64,000 bases of DNA from Thermoplasmata archaeon (GTDB taxonomy: Archaea; Thermoplasmatota; Thermoplasmata; Thermoplasmatales; GCA-001856825), in NCBI GenBank assembly GCA_021792255.1, contig JAJYUZ010000005.1, forward strand, positions 1 through 64,000, given 5' to 3'. Position numbers and translations under genes: made by a program. A model generated the notes under the pieces. The model was not told where the DNA came from. It was given only the letters and a program-made list of their open reading frames with translations, and ran no database searches. This document shows, one piece after another, positions 38,240 through 48,191 of the stretch. Positions within the stretch are counted from its first letter, which is position 1. Every line of letters starts with the position of its first letter.

Positions 38240-39763
38240 TCAGAGAAATAGTACTGATATTATTTTCTTGATTTTCCAAAGCCAGCCGGGAACAAGAAGC
38301 ATTATGAAATCAAGATCAACTTTATTAAAGGTCTTCAAAACTTTAATCATCCCCAGATAGATGGCAAATCCCAGCAATATGAGAAAGAAGAGCCTGAGGG
38401 GTGAGTAGTGAATAGCCGCCTGCAAGAGGAATATTACGATGAACATCACCGTTGCGGAAAGGTATATCTTCGCTACCTTCCTCCCCTCGATTTTAAGTGT
38501 GTTGAACTTTTTTGCGTAATGGTACATGATCACAAACGATACCGCGCTTATGGAAGAGTACCCTATTGCAGCGCCTATCATCTGATACCTTGGTATCAGC
38601 AGTATGGAAAGTATGAAGTTGGATAGGAGGGCGAATGACGAAGTGAGCAGGAATATCCTCGTCTTCCTTATTCCCTGAAGGGAGACAGCAAGGATGTTGC
38701 CAGAAACGAAAACTGAACTGGATACAAGGACGATTATCACAGGTATTGACGCAGGAAGATATGCCCCGTTGGAGAGAAAGAGGATTATTGAAGAGGATAG
38801 GGATGCAACTAACATTGCTATCGGTACGTATGTGCTGCTCATCAGCTCGATCCCTTTTGATACATAATTTTTGAAATCCTCCCCTCTCTCCTGACCGTAC
38901 ATTTCAGAAAGTTTAGGTAGGAGTATGGTTAGGAACGGCCCAACTATAAAGCCTATTGCAGAGCTTATCAGGAGTGCAAAATTATATATGCCCAGGAGGG
39001 AGAGGTTCAGGAGGTATGAGACAACGAACCTGTCCACATAGCCTGCTCCATATCCAATGAGGGATGCGAGGAATATCGGGAAGGCGTAGCTGAAAATCCT
39101 ATCGCTCGCTGGATGTTCAGCATTCACAACTGCACCCTGCACCTTCCTGAAGATGAGAATCGCATAAGCCAGAGCTGAGAGTCCGTATCCCGAAGCCCAT
39201 CCTACAACGATAAAAATCGGATCGTCGAAGATGAACAGAAGAATGACTGGCAGGGAGTAGCTTATAAGTACTCCTACGATGCTCCAAATCGCCTGAGACC
39301 TGAAATTCTGTAGACCCAAGAGTATTCCACTGAGCGCCGTCCCCATGATCATGAAGAAAAGGTCTATGCCTAGGAATCTTACCAGTGCCACATATTTTAC
39401 GGAGTGGAAGAAGAGCATCGCGAATACGGGTGATGAAAAATAGAGAAACACAAGGGAAGCAGATGATAAACCCAGACCTATAACGACGAATTTCTTTATC
39501 AAATTTCTGATTATCCCGAACTCCCCCTTACCAAGATGGTAAGATATGAAGTGTTGCAGTCCGTAACTAATGCCAACTGAGAATGTTATGTTCAGAAGGG
39601 ATGCTATTGCAAGCAGGAGGGCGACTATGCCGACCAGCTCTGAGGTATAGAAGTGGATTATGTATATATAGAAGATGAATCCAGCGAAAACGGAGGAGAC
39701 GGAGTTTGCATACTGGAAAAAAACACCACTTCCAATATGCTCCCTGATCTCCAGCTCTTCCAT
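38240..39763 (-). CDS. Oligosaccharide flippase (MOP/Wzx/AglR-like)
   Basis: About 14 TM helices, YVDRFVV...LGIYNFA, LLPKLSE, LLIPRYQMIGAAIG. Confidence 0.9.
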   Translation of the reverse strand: MEELEIREHIGSGVFFQYANSVSSVFAGFIFYIYIIHFYTSELVGIVALLLAIASLLNITFSVGISYGLQHFISYHLGKGEFGIIRNLIKKFVVIGLGLSSASLVFLYFSSPVFAMLFFHSVKYVALVRFLGIDLFFMIMGTALSGILLGLQNFRSQAIWSIVGVLISYSLPVILLFIFDDPIFIVVGWASGYGLSALAYAILIFRKVQGAVVNAEHPASDRIFSYAFPIFLASLIGYGAGYVDRFVVSYLLNLSLLGIYNFALLISSAIGFIVGPFLTILLPKLSEMYGQERGEDFKNYVSKGIELMSSTYVPIAMLVASLSSSIILFLSNGAYLPASIPVIIVLVSSSVFVSGNILAVSLQGIRKTRIFLLTSSFALLSNFILSILLIPRYQMIGAAIGYSSISAVSFVIMYHYAKKFNTLKIEGRKVAKIYLSATVMFIVIFLLQAAIHYSPLRLFFLILLGFAIYLGMIKVLKTFNKVDLDFIMLLVPGWLWKIKKIISVLFL

Positions 39764-39835
39764 TTACTACCCTATGAAGTATCAATATATTACAATTATC
39801 TTGAGAATTTGCGCATCATTAACGTTTTTTTGGTC

Positions 39836-39995
39836 AAGGGCACCAGGCAATCTATGTGCGATTGTCAAAGGGGAGGGAATTCATCCCAATTGGACTGGAG
39901 AGTCTTTCGTTCAGGAAGAGGGTTGGTCGCGACTCTCTGTTCCCCGAGCCAGGAGAGACGTGTTGCGGATGCTGGCAGTTCTGGGGTGTGCCCTT
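39836..39995 (+). ncRNA. Candidate structured non-coding element (multibranch fold), family not recognised
   Basis: Closing AAGGGCAC/GTGCCCTT plus nested helices GGCAATC/GATTGTC, GGGGA/TCCCC, GGAGAGTC/GACTCTCT and GCCAG/CTGGC; G-U pairs favour the + strand. Confidence 0.35.
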
Positions 39996-40078
39996 TAGGT
40001 TTGGTAATCTGAAAGGAATGCTGGATGTAAAGAGAGTCCAGGCAGGTCAGCTGAGAGAAACAATGAAGACTGCTGTCC

Positions 40079-41398
40079 CTACTGCACTTGCTTACCAGGT
40101 TTAGTTGCCGAACTGTCTCGGATGAATATTTTCCCTGTGATGTACTTCGGAGCCCTTGCTTCGCCTTTTGCTTCCCCAACATCCGCGCTCAGATAGACCT
40201 CCTTCGATTCCAAAGGTATTGGGGTTGGAAGTTCCAGGCCTTCCAGGATGTACGAGTAGATATACCTCATGGGTTCAATCCCGTCTATCTTCCCTTCGTT
40301 AAGATTCTGAAAGAGCATCTTGAGCTTCAGCGTGTTGCGGACATTTTCCATGCTGAGAGAATCCCTGGTTCTTCTGATATTTGAGACCTTATCCTCCAGA
40401 TCTTCCTTTATTCCAATGAGGCCTTCAACATCCCGTCTCAACTCATCTCTCCTTTCATTCAGGTCATCTATCTCAGCTCCAAACGTTCTAATCTTTAAGC
40501 GCGCCGCTTCTTCTGATGCTGCCTCGGCATCACGAATGAGCTTATCTCTGTTAGCGGCGAACGACATGAAGGAGGAGACGAAAGATTCTAGAGAGGGATA
40601 GGGTTTTAGGTTCCCCACAGTTCTCCCTATATCTTTTTTATTGATCCAGAAGGATCGGAGAAAATCCAACTCCTCGCCCCTCTCTATCACTACTCTTGGA
40701 TCCAATCCGCTTTCTATCAGATTAATCACAGTCATCAGGAACCCCTCTGTCTCTCCCTCACTTCCTTCAAATGAAGAAGCTATGTCTGCAATTTTCCTGG
40801 CAAGGCTGTATCTCCTTCCGATCTTTTCTCTCGCGTACTCCAGGAAGGAAACCTCGTCCTTCATTTTTTTCAATTCACTGTTCAGACCGTCAATCTCCTG
40901 TTTCCTCCTTCCTATTTCAATTAGGAGGCTTTCTGCATCGCTCTCGAGCGATTTCTTTTTCTTAAACAGGGATTCCACATGCTTCTCAACTTCCCTGGCA
41001 GAAAACCCCTCTTCCTTCTCCTTTTGCACTATGAATTTGCTCGCACCTAGGATTGAGGGGAAATCTGCCATGTTTTCCTTGTACAATTTAGCAGTGTCGA
41101 GGAGTATGATGTTGTCCAGCCCCAAATTCTTGGTCTCCTTGTGAAGAACGGTCGTTGGGCTCAACTCTTCAACGCCTATCCCTTCTCGCTTCATGAACTT
41201 GAACCCCTCCCTGATTAATTCAAGGTCGGAAACGATGTCTCCTGGAATATAGTCTGCCTTTCCGCTAGCAATCTCATCAAGCACCTTCCCAACGGTCGGA
41301 TGCGATATGCTCAGTTGCTTCCCGATGTCTCTGTTCGATAAACCCTGAAGGTGCAGGTCCAATACCCTCACTTTCTTCTGCTCGTCTATTTCATTCAT
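40079..41398 (-). CDS. N-terminal HTH plus long coiled-coil protein of unknown function
   Basis: LHLQGLSNRDIGKQLSISHPTVGKVL helix-turn-helix; two heptad-rich charged segments. Confidence 0.75.
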   Translation of the reverse strand: MNEIDEQKKVRVLDLHLQGLSNRDIGKQLSISHPTVGKVLDEIASGKADYIPGDIVSDLELIREGFKFMKREGIGVEELSPTTVLHKETKNLGLDNIILLDTAKLYKENMADFPSILGASKFIVQKEKEEGFSAREVEKHVESLFKKKKSLESDAESLLIEIGRRKQEIDGLNSELKKMKDEVSFLEYAREKIGRRYSLARKIADIASSFEGSEGETEGFLMTVINLIESGLDPRVVIERGEELDFLRSFWINKKDIGRTVGNLKPYPSLESFVSSFMSFAANRDKLIRDAEAASEEAARLKIRTFGAEIDDLNERRDELRRDVEGLIGIKEDLEDKVSNIRRTRDSLSMENVRNTLKLKMLFQNLNEGKIDGIEPMRYIYSYILEGLELPTPIPLESKEVYLSADVGEAKGEARAPKYITGKIFIRDSSATKPGKQVQ

Positions 41399-42022
41399 AT
41401 CTTACTAATGAGAAGCCCTTTTTAAACCTTTGGAAATAAGTGTACTTTTTTTAGCATAATGATTAGTGTATCCACCCTGTCTATGTCTGGTTGCTGACCG
41501 ATTTATGCGTAGCCTAAACTTAGGTCTTTGGAAGCCTCTGGAGAATGGGCGCATATTAGCGTTTAACTCCTAAAAAAGGGAAATAACAAGGTAAAACATT
41601 TAAGTGCTTATAAACAGGTTGAAAAACAGCCTGAGAAGATGATGGGTTAAGTGCGCATCATGAATCAGTTACAAGAGAATAGAGGAAAATTGAAATGGAA
41701 AACATGAGTAGCACTTTAGATGGAAAGTGAGGAAGACGCATACAAGAATTCCATAACTGAGATAATTCAAGCCTGCTATAGCTTGTCCAGATCTTCACTA
41801 CTGCAGGATGCTAAACATGAGAGATTCATGCGTCCATTCCGTAGCACCGTAAGACAAGCAGCTACAATGAGCAATCATTGCAGATTCCACAGGTCATGCG
41901 CCACAAGTGCATCAATACGTGATTGATGGCGATATTCGCTGGAGCCTCAGTTCCAGAATCTCAGGGTTGATTTCCTCCAAAAAGCTAGCTTGATGTCAGT
42001 GAAATTCAAGGCAGCAAGAAAA

Positions 42023-42574
42023 TTAAGGAATCTTTTTCAGATACCTGAAATACATCATCTGCACTTCAGGCAAAGTCCAGCTGTACCGCGCATGAATACA
42101 GGCAAAGCTCTGGTCTTTTTCGCACCAGAGTCTCTGGATACCTTTGTCATCATTCTTCATGAGGATTGTTATCCTTTCATTTGACCTGAGGTCTTCGAGT
42201 ATGATGTGATCGTCGTATGCCCTTACGCTGAAGATCTGAGGCATCATTTCGAAAATATCTATTATATTAGATTCGCCTGAAAGTTGAGTCTGAGGGAGCT
42301 CAGTCCCGTTTAACAAGTCTTCGACCCTTCTCAGCTGAATCGCAGCAATCCTTCCCCTGTTCGTCAAGGAGATGAAGTATGTCCTCCTCACAATGACCTC
42401 CTGCCTCATCGTAATCAATCCGAGACTGACAAGGGACTCAAGGTTCCTCTCCAGTGAGTAGGAATTCGGAACTACATCCAGAAGAAATGACTTCGTTACT
42501 TCTGAACCTGCGTCGTAAAGCTTCAAGAGTATTGCACGCCCCTTATCAGATATCACATTCCAAAATTTAGCCAA
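42023..42574 (-). CDS. Winged-helix regulator with a C-terminal C-x7-C-x-H (SWIM-like) motif
   Basis: LERNLESLVSLGLI...YFISLTNRGR winged helix; LWCEKDQSFACIHARY. Confidence 0.75.
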   Translation of the reverse strand: MAKFWNVISDKGRAILLKLYDAGSEVTKSFLLDVVPNSYSLERNLESLVSLGLITMRQEVIVRRTYFISLTNRGRIAAIQLRRVEDLLNGTELPQTQLSGESNIIDIFEMMPQIFSVRAYDDHIILEDLRSNERITILMKNDDKGIQRLWCEKDQSFACIHARYSWTLPEVQMMYFRYLKKIP

Positions 42575-42653
42575 AGTATATAAAACCCATGATAAGAGAT
42601 ATTATTACGAAAGATATTTATATAATTATATCAGATAGTGTATGTGATATAAT

Positions 42654-43085
42654 ATGATAAACTCAAACAGTAATTCCGAAAAAAATGACATGCAAAAGAC
42701 AACAGAGGAGGAATATATCAGAATGGCAAACGAAAGGATTGGGATGGTCTTGAAAATCGTGTGCAGGAATTCATCTGATCCGAGCGCAAAGGAGTGGGAG
42801 ATATCGAGAATGATCGCTGAGAAAATGATAGATCCTTTCTACTATTGGCAGCATGAAGGACCAAATGAACTGGAATCTGAAAACGGAAAGAAGAATGAAG
42901 TCCTAATCAGTGAGATTGCAGAAAAGTACGACCTTGATCTTTCTGAGATTAAAAGCAGCCCCAGCAGGATAAAGATCAGGAAGTATATTGAGAATGGGTT
43001 TGAAGAGCTAAAGGTTAAAACGAAGGAAATGGGATATGCCTATGACAGGGAAAGCAGATCGTTCGTGAAGTGGATAAGAAAGTAG
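42654..43085 (+). CDS. Hypothetical protein divergent from the wHTH regulator
   Basis: 143-aa ORF with protein-like composition and an AT-rich divergent promoter at 42575-42653. Confidence 0.6.
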   Translation: MINSNSNSEKNDMQKTTEEEYIRMANERIGMVLKIVCRNSSDPSAKEWEISRMIAEKMIDPFYYWQHEGPNELESENGKKNEVLISEIAEKYDLDLSEIKSSPSRIKIRKYIENGFEELKVKTKEMGYAYDRESRSFVKWIRK

Positions 43086-43315
43086 ATTAGCACTGGTGTT
43101 CCTCAGTACGCCTTCTAAAAGGCGGTAGGACAGTAAACACAACCATAGGGGAACACATTGAAGGGTTGTTATTTCAGGAACTGCCGGCCGGTTCCCAAAG
43201 ATCGGCATGGTGAGGAAGTGGAAGAGGAAACGGAAATTTTTGTTCATGGTCATAAGGACGGAAGAGTTGGAGTGATGTTTTTCTGAAATCATGAGAATGA
43301 TCATGGGTACTCTCA

Positions 43316-43438
43316 GGTAAAGAAGTGGCAAAGGTGGTACATTACCTTAGTCATGGGTCGTGCGGAAAATTTGTGCATTTTTCCAATTTTACCGTGAATT
43401 TACCGTTTATTTTACCATCACTCTACCGCATCTTTACC
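43316..43438. repeat. Periodic GGTAAA/TTTACC hexamer array in two inverted arms
   Basis: GGTAAA 43316, GGCAAA 43327, GGTACA 43336; then TTTACC 43388, 43399, 43411, TCTACC 43422, TTTACC 43433 (spacing 11, 12, 11, 11). Confidence 0.75.
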
Positions 43439-43647
43439 GACTATTTTCACTCCATTTCACTACTAGGAGCTCATAGGAAGAACTGTTATAGTCTCGTATG
43501 CGTCAGGAGATGGACTGCGACCCGTCCTTGTTCTGGATAAAACATAACCTGCTATAGTCGCTATTAAATTTCTTCCAATCATCGAGGGTTTCGGAATCCT
43601 CAGTAGAACCTCAAAAAATTAAAATACGGTAAAAATAATCTAAATCG

Positions 43648-44424
43648 ATGAAGGTAGTCATATTAGCAGGGGGAAGAGGTACAAGGTTATCCGAGGAAAC
43701 AACGGTGAGACCAAAACCTATGGTAGAGATTGGAGAGCAACCGATTATGTGGCATATTATGAAAATTTATTCCCATTATGGTTTTAATGATTTTGTAATC
43801 TGTTTGGGATACAAAGGCAATGTCATAAAGGAATATTTTTACAACTACTTTATCCATGAATCTGACATTGAACTAAACTTGGCAACGAGGGACTTTAAAA
43901 CGTTGAAGAATCCTCCCGAACAATGGAAAGTCACCCTCGTGAACACAGGGCTCGATACCATGACAGGGGGGAGGATCAAGAGAATAAAAGACCATATTGG
44001 AGATGAAACATTCATGATGACATACGGAGACGGCCTTTCAGATCTGAACATTGGTTCTCTTGTCGATTATCACAAGGCCCATAGCAAATATGCGACCGTT
44101 ACGGCGGTCAAGCCACCAGGAAGGTTCGGTGCGATTTCATTACAGGAAAATGGTCTGGTATCTCAATTCACAGAGAAGCCAAGGGGAGATGGGTCGTTTA
44201 TAAACGGAGGTTTTTTTGTTCTCGAGCCTGCAATTTTCGACTATATTGAAGGCGATGGCACAATCTGGGAACAAGAGCCTCTCAGAAAGCTGTCGCGGGA
44301 CAATCAACTTATGGCTTTCAGGCACGATGGTTTCTGGAAAGCTATGGATACAATGAGAGATAAGATTGAACTAAAAAATCTTTGGAACAGCGGAAATGCA
44401 CCATGGAAGGTGTGGAAGAGTTGA
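43648..44424 (+). CDS. rfbF: Glucose-1-phosphate cytidylyltransferase
   Basis: ILAGGRGTRLSEET..RPKPMVEIG, TMTGGRIKR, TYGDG, INGGFFVL, FWKAMDT, APWKVW. Confidence 0.96.
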   Translation: MKVVILAGGRGTRLSEETTVRPKPMVEIGEQPIMWHIMKIYSHYGFNDFVICLGYKGNVIKEYFYNYFIHESDIELNLATRDFKTLKNPPEQWKVTLVNTGLDTMTGGRIKRIKDHIGDETFMMTYGDGLSDLNIGSLVDYHKAHSKYATVTAVKPPGRFGAISLQENGLVSQFTEKPRGDGSFINGGFFVLEPAIFDYIEGDGTIWEQEPLRKLSRDNQLMAFRHDGFWKAMDTMRDKIELKNLWNSGNAPWKVWKS

Positions 44425-44460
44425 TTAAAACCATGAACTTTAGGTATGGAGGAATTGACC

Positions 44461-44910
44461 ATGATTGATGGAACCAAAATTACCGAACTGCGGATTATAC
44501 CTGACGAGAGAGGGGCAGTATTAAGAATGCTTAGAAAAGATGATCCTGTCTTTTCCAAGTTCGGAGAAATCTATTTTTCGAAGGTTTATCCGGGCGTGGT
44601 TAAAGGATGGCATCTTCACAAGAAGATGACCTTAAACTACGCAGTTCCAGTCGGAATGGTCAAGTTGGTTCTATATGATAACAGGGAAAACTCCTCTACA
44701 AAGGGGGAGATAATGGAGCTTTTTATAGGGGAGACCAATTATCAGCTGGTAACTATACCTCCAAACGTCTGGAACGGTATTAAGGGAATAGGTACGGTGC
44801 CCGCTTTAATAGCCAACTGTGCAACAGAACCACACGACCCAAATGAAATAGTAAGGATGGACCCAGAGGACAACTTCATTCCCTACAACTGGAACTTAAG
44901 GTGGGGGTAG
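44461..44910 (+). CDS. NDP-4-keto-6-deoxyglucose 3(,5)-epimerase (RmlC-like cupin)
   Basis: DERG, FGEIYFS, KGWHLH, VLYDNR..SST, VTIPPNVWNG; start could be 44446. Confidence 0.88.
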   Translation: MIDGTKITELRIIPDERGAVLRMLRKDDPVFSKFGEIYFSKVYPGVVKGWHLHKKMTLNYAVPVGMVKLVLYDNRENSSTKGEIMELFIGETNYQLVTIPPNVWNGIKGIGTVPALIANCATEPHDPNEIVRMDPEDNFIPYNWNLRWG

Positions 44911-45857
44911 AGAAATTGAAAGTTCTCGTTACTGGGGCAAATGGCTTTATTGGTTCTCACGTGCTGGAAGCCTTAATAAAGGAAAATGGTTGGGAAATAG
45001 CCATTACTCTAAGACCTGAGTCTGATATCTCTAGAATAAGGAATATGTTGGAAGAATCAAATAGAATCAAGGCATATGTCTTGGGTGAACAAAGCTTAGA
45101 CAGCATCATTTCGAGTTTTAAACCTGACCTTGTTGTTAACTTTGCAGTTTACTACGAAAAGAAGGACCTTTATTCTAATATAGATCAAATGGTTGAAACA
45201 AACATATCATTTTCCTCTAAGATTTTAGATTCCATGTCAAGAAATGGAGGAAGGTTTTTTGTGAACACAGGGACTTACACAGAATTCCTAATGGATAAGC
45301 AAATCTTAGCTACAGAATCTAACGTTCACCCTGCCAATCTCTACTCCGCAACCAAGGCAGCATTCGAAAACATCTTAAAATATTACACCGAGAATTATAA
45401 TATAACTGCAGTCACATTGAACCTTTCAACTACTTACGGACCGAAAGATAAACCCAATAATCTAATTCCATATTTGGTGAATTGTTCTTTGGAAAATAGA
45501 GATGCAAATGTCTCAGCGGGGGAACAAATTTTGGATTTCGTTTATGTAAAGGATGTTGCAGAAGCATATGTAAAAGCTATGAGATACTTATTGGGCACCC
45601 ATAAAAATTACGACGTGTTTAGCATAGGAAGTGGCTCTCCTCACAATCTTAAGGAAATCGCTGAAATTATTAGCGGATTCGGTGGCAATCTCAGGATCAA
45701 CTGGGGGGCAATACCTTACAGCCTTCAAGAGACGTTCTTCTTCAAGTCTGATATAACCCACGCAAGGAATGTTCTCAGGTGGTGGCCAAAATATACACTG
45801 AGTGAAGGCCTCCGTGAAACCTTTGAATACTTTAAGGGTGTAAAGTCCCATGAATGA
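44901..45857 (+). CDS. NAD-dependent epimerase/4-ketoreductase (CDP-sugar reductase-like)
   Basis: VTGANGFIG, YSATK (YxxxK), TYGP.D, DFVYVKDV. Confidence 0.85.
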   Translation: MGVEKLKVLVTGANGFIGSHVLEALIKENGWEIAITLRPESDISRIRNMLEESNRIKAYVLGEQSLDSIISSFKPDLVVNFAVYYEKKDLYSNIDQMVETNISFSSKILDSMSRNGGRFFVNTGTYTEFLMDKQILATESNVHPANLYSATKAAFENILKYYTENYNITAVTLNLSTTYGPKDKPNNLIPYLVNCSLENRDANVSAGEQILDFVYVKDVAEAYVKAMRYLLGTHKNYDVFSIGSGSPHNLKEIAEIISGFGGNLRINWGAIPYSLQETFFFKSDITHARNVLRWWPKYTLSEGLRETFEYFKGVKSHE

Positions 45858-46143
45858 AGACATCTATCCAGAAATAAGCATACTTGGAGCAAGGCTCTCC
45901 GGACTTTCTCTCTATATTCCCGAAGGTTTCGCTCATGGATTCTTAACCCAAGGAGAAAGTAATATCGTCCTTTGCCTTGTTGATAAACGCTATAGCCCTC
46001 AACACGAAGGTGGCATTAGGTACGATTCATTTGGTTTTCATTGGCAGATATGTACGCATAAAACACTATCAAAGAGGGATCTCTCGTTCATCAAGTTCAG
46101 CAACTTTCGCACGCCATTCGGAGGTAATATAAATGAAAGGTAA
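45850..46143 (+). pseudogene. C-terminal fragment of a dTDP-4-dehydrorhamnose 3,5-epimerase
   Basis: LYIPEGFAHGFLT...YSPQHEGGIRYD...LSKRD; the N-terminal DxRG and RGLH region is missing. Confidence 0.75.
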
Positions 46144-47215
46144 TTTATCAAAAGATCATTTAGAGTTTTTTGGAAAGAAGAAAATTCTAATAACCGGTCA
46201 TACTGGTTTCATTGGTTCCTGGCTTACAAAATGGCTCTCGATGCTGGGTTCCCAAGTTTTAGGGTACTCTTTAGATCCTTCAACACATCCAAATATGTTC
46301 TCTAATCTAAATTTTGGAAGTAATTTAATCGATGTTCGAAATGATATCCTCAACAAAGAGTCTTTGAAAAAGGCTGTAAGTGACTTTGAACCAGAGATAG
46401 TATTTCATTTAGCGGCACAACCTATAGTGTTAGAATCATATAACAATCCAGAATATACCTATCAAACAAACGTTATTGGGACAGTTAACCTTCTAGATAT
46501 TTTACGAAAAAATCAATCCGTGAAGGTTATAGTGGTAATTACAAGTGACAAAGTTTACGAAAATGTGGAATGGATTTATCCGTATCGTGAGACCGACCCA
46601 TTAGGTGGGAAGGACCCTTACAGTGCGAGTAAATCTTGTCAAGATATCGTAGTAAGTTCGTTTAGGGAAAGCTTTTTTGCCGGTCGCGATGTAAGTGTAT
46701 CTTCCATAAGGGCTGGTAATGTTATTGGGGGTGGTGATTGGGGGGAATTTAGGCTGGTACCTGATATTGTAAGGGGAATTACTCAAAAGAAGATTATCGA
46801 TTTAAGAAATCCTTACTCAACTAGACCATGGCAACACGTTCTTGATCTAGCATTTGGAATGATGAAATTAGCCGAGATGAGTTGGTTGAACACCGAATAT
46901 GCAGGGATCTGGAATTTTGGGCCTACTGGCGCAGACAATTTAACGGTGAAAGAACTTGCCGGCAGATTAATTAATTTTTGGGGAGCCGGCGAGTATAAAA
47001 TCTCAAAAAGTGGAAAATTTTACGAGGCATCTTATTTGAAACTTGATATAAGCAAGGCTAGGCATATGCTAAACTGGTACCCGCTAGTTGATATTGATCG
47101 GTCGGTGGTAAAGACTGTTGAATGGTATAAGAAATATTACCACGGTCGTAATGAAATTAATAAATTTACAGAAAAACAGATCAATGAGTATTCCGAGAAT
47201 AGAAATGCGAAGTGA
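46133..47215 (+). CDS. rfbG: CDP-glucose 4,6-dehydratase
   Basis: ITGHTGFIGSWL, FHLAAQP, TSDKVY, DPYSASK, RAGNVIGGGDW, RPWQHVLD, WNFGP. Confidence 0.95.
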   Translation: MKGNLSKDHLEFFGKKKILITGHTGFIGSWLTKWLSMLGSQVLGYSLDPSTHPNMFSNLNFGSNLIDVRNDILNKESLKKAVSDFEPEIVFHLAAQPIVLESYNNPEYTYQTNVIGTVNLLDILRKNQSVKVIVVITSDKVYENVEWIYPYRETDPLGGKDPYSASKSCQDIVVSSFRESFFAGRDVSVSSIRAGNVIGGGDWGEFRLVPDIVRGITQKKIIDLRNPYSTRPWQHVLDLAFGMMKLAEMSWLNTEYAGIWNFGPTGADNLTVKELAGRLINFWGAGEYKISKSGKFYEASYLKLDISKARHMLNWYPLVDIDRSVVKTVEWYKKYYHGRNEINKFTEKQINEYSENRNAK

Positions 47216-48191
47216 AGCGATAACGGGTAATAGATTAATATGCGAGTTAAAAGAAGAGCCCATAAATCTATTTTTCAGTCTCGCTGATTATAGGAACAGT
47301 TATTTCACAAGCAACGACCAGAACAAGATAATGGAGTTCTATGAAGGGGTTCAAGATTCAGAGGAACTAATTGAATGGATGAGAGAAAGACCAAAAGGTG
47401 TATCATATGTTCATGAGGTCGAAGGCGACAAGGAGATTGTTGTCGTCATAACAACGGCCGACTTTGATGGCAAGTACGCGAAAGAATGCAGAGATAATAT
47501 ATTTAAAGGCCTCCATTTGATATTTGTAGAAAGTGGAGGAAGAGGTGACTTTTATTTCAACATTGCGCACAACATCAACGTCGGAATTAAGAAAGCGATG
47601 GAATACAATCCAAGATGGGTTGTGTTTTCTAATGACGATATGGTAAAACAGGATGAAATTTCAGTACTTCAAGAGGCGCTGAAGAATTACGATCCTTCTA
47701 AGACAGGAATAGCGTATTTTTATCCCAGCACAAGTTACCACTCTAGGGAAATGAATATATCCACCATTAGGAAAACAAGATCAATTGTGAATCCACTGCT
47801 GCTCTATTCCCGCCGGAAGGCATTTGATATTCTAAAGAAATTTAACACTAAATTCGTTCTATCTGGGGGTTCTATCCGGGACTTACTCTTTTATAAGAGA
47901 GTACTCACGTTCAGGAATACAATTGCCATTGCTGTTTATTCAGCGGAAATGATAAAAGAATTTATCTCTAGATACGGTTGTTTTTTTGACGAAACATACA
48001 TAAATTCTGGCGAAGATGGTGATCTCGCATTAAGAGTTCAAAAGGCAGGATGGGAAAAAGGGGAGGTCAATTTTAGGATACGTCCCCTCATAGGTGGAAC
48101 CTTTGGCAATTCAGACAGCAGGTACCTGAGGGATCAAGCCGGCAACATCTATTTTTCAAAGAAGCGAGAGGAAGAGGAACATGACTTTTAA
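47184..48191 (+). CDS. GT-A/GT2-like glycosyltransferase, paralog of 55933-56913
   Basis: IFVESG...FNIAHNINVG...SNDDM, FDETYINSGEDGDLALR; start uncertain (47118, 47184 or 47205). Confidence 0.72.
   Translation: MSIPRIEMRSEAITGNRLICELKEEPINLFFSLADYRNSYFTSNDQNKIMEFYEGVQDSEELIEWMRERPKGVSYVHEVEGDKEIVVVITTADFDGKYAKECRDNIFKGLHLIFVESGGRGDFYFNIAHNINVGIKKAMEYNPRWVVFSNDDMVKQDEISVLQEALKNYDPSKTGIAYFYPSTSYHSREMNISTIRKTRSIVNPLLLYSRRKAFDILKKFNTKFVLSGGSIRDLLFYKRVLTFRNTIAIAVYSAEMIKEFISRYGCFFDETYINSGEDGDLALRVQKAGWEKGEVNFRIRPLIGGTFGNSDSRYLRDQAGNIYFSKKREEEEHDF

Noticed and set aside
39653-40182. Cluster of short ORFs over the structured element
   Set aside because: Four overlapping frames with no motif; the GC-rich structured sequence explains the scarcity of stops.
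41720-41926. 68-aa + strand ORF
   Set aside because: No recognisable features; it may be a remnant but cannot be supported.
42610-42636. dif-like dyad GATATTT-ATATAA-TTATATC
   Set aside because: The left arm is imperfect and the sequence is simply explained as overlapping divergent TATA boxes or an operator.
43353-43373. ATGGGTCGTGCGGAAAATTTG as a reverse-complement tRNA 3' fragment
   Set aside because: The T-loop register does not match; the resemblance is too weak.
43316-43438. CRISPR array
   Set aside because: Units are 6 bp with 3-6 bp spacers; no CRISPR-sized repeats or cas genes were seen in the window.
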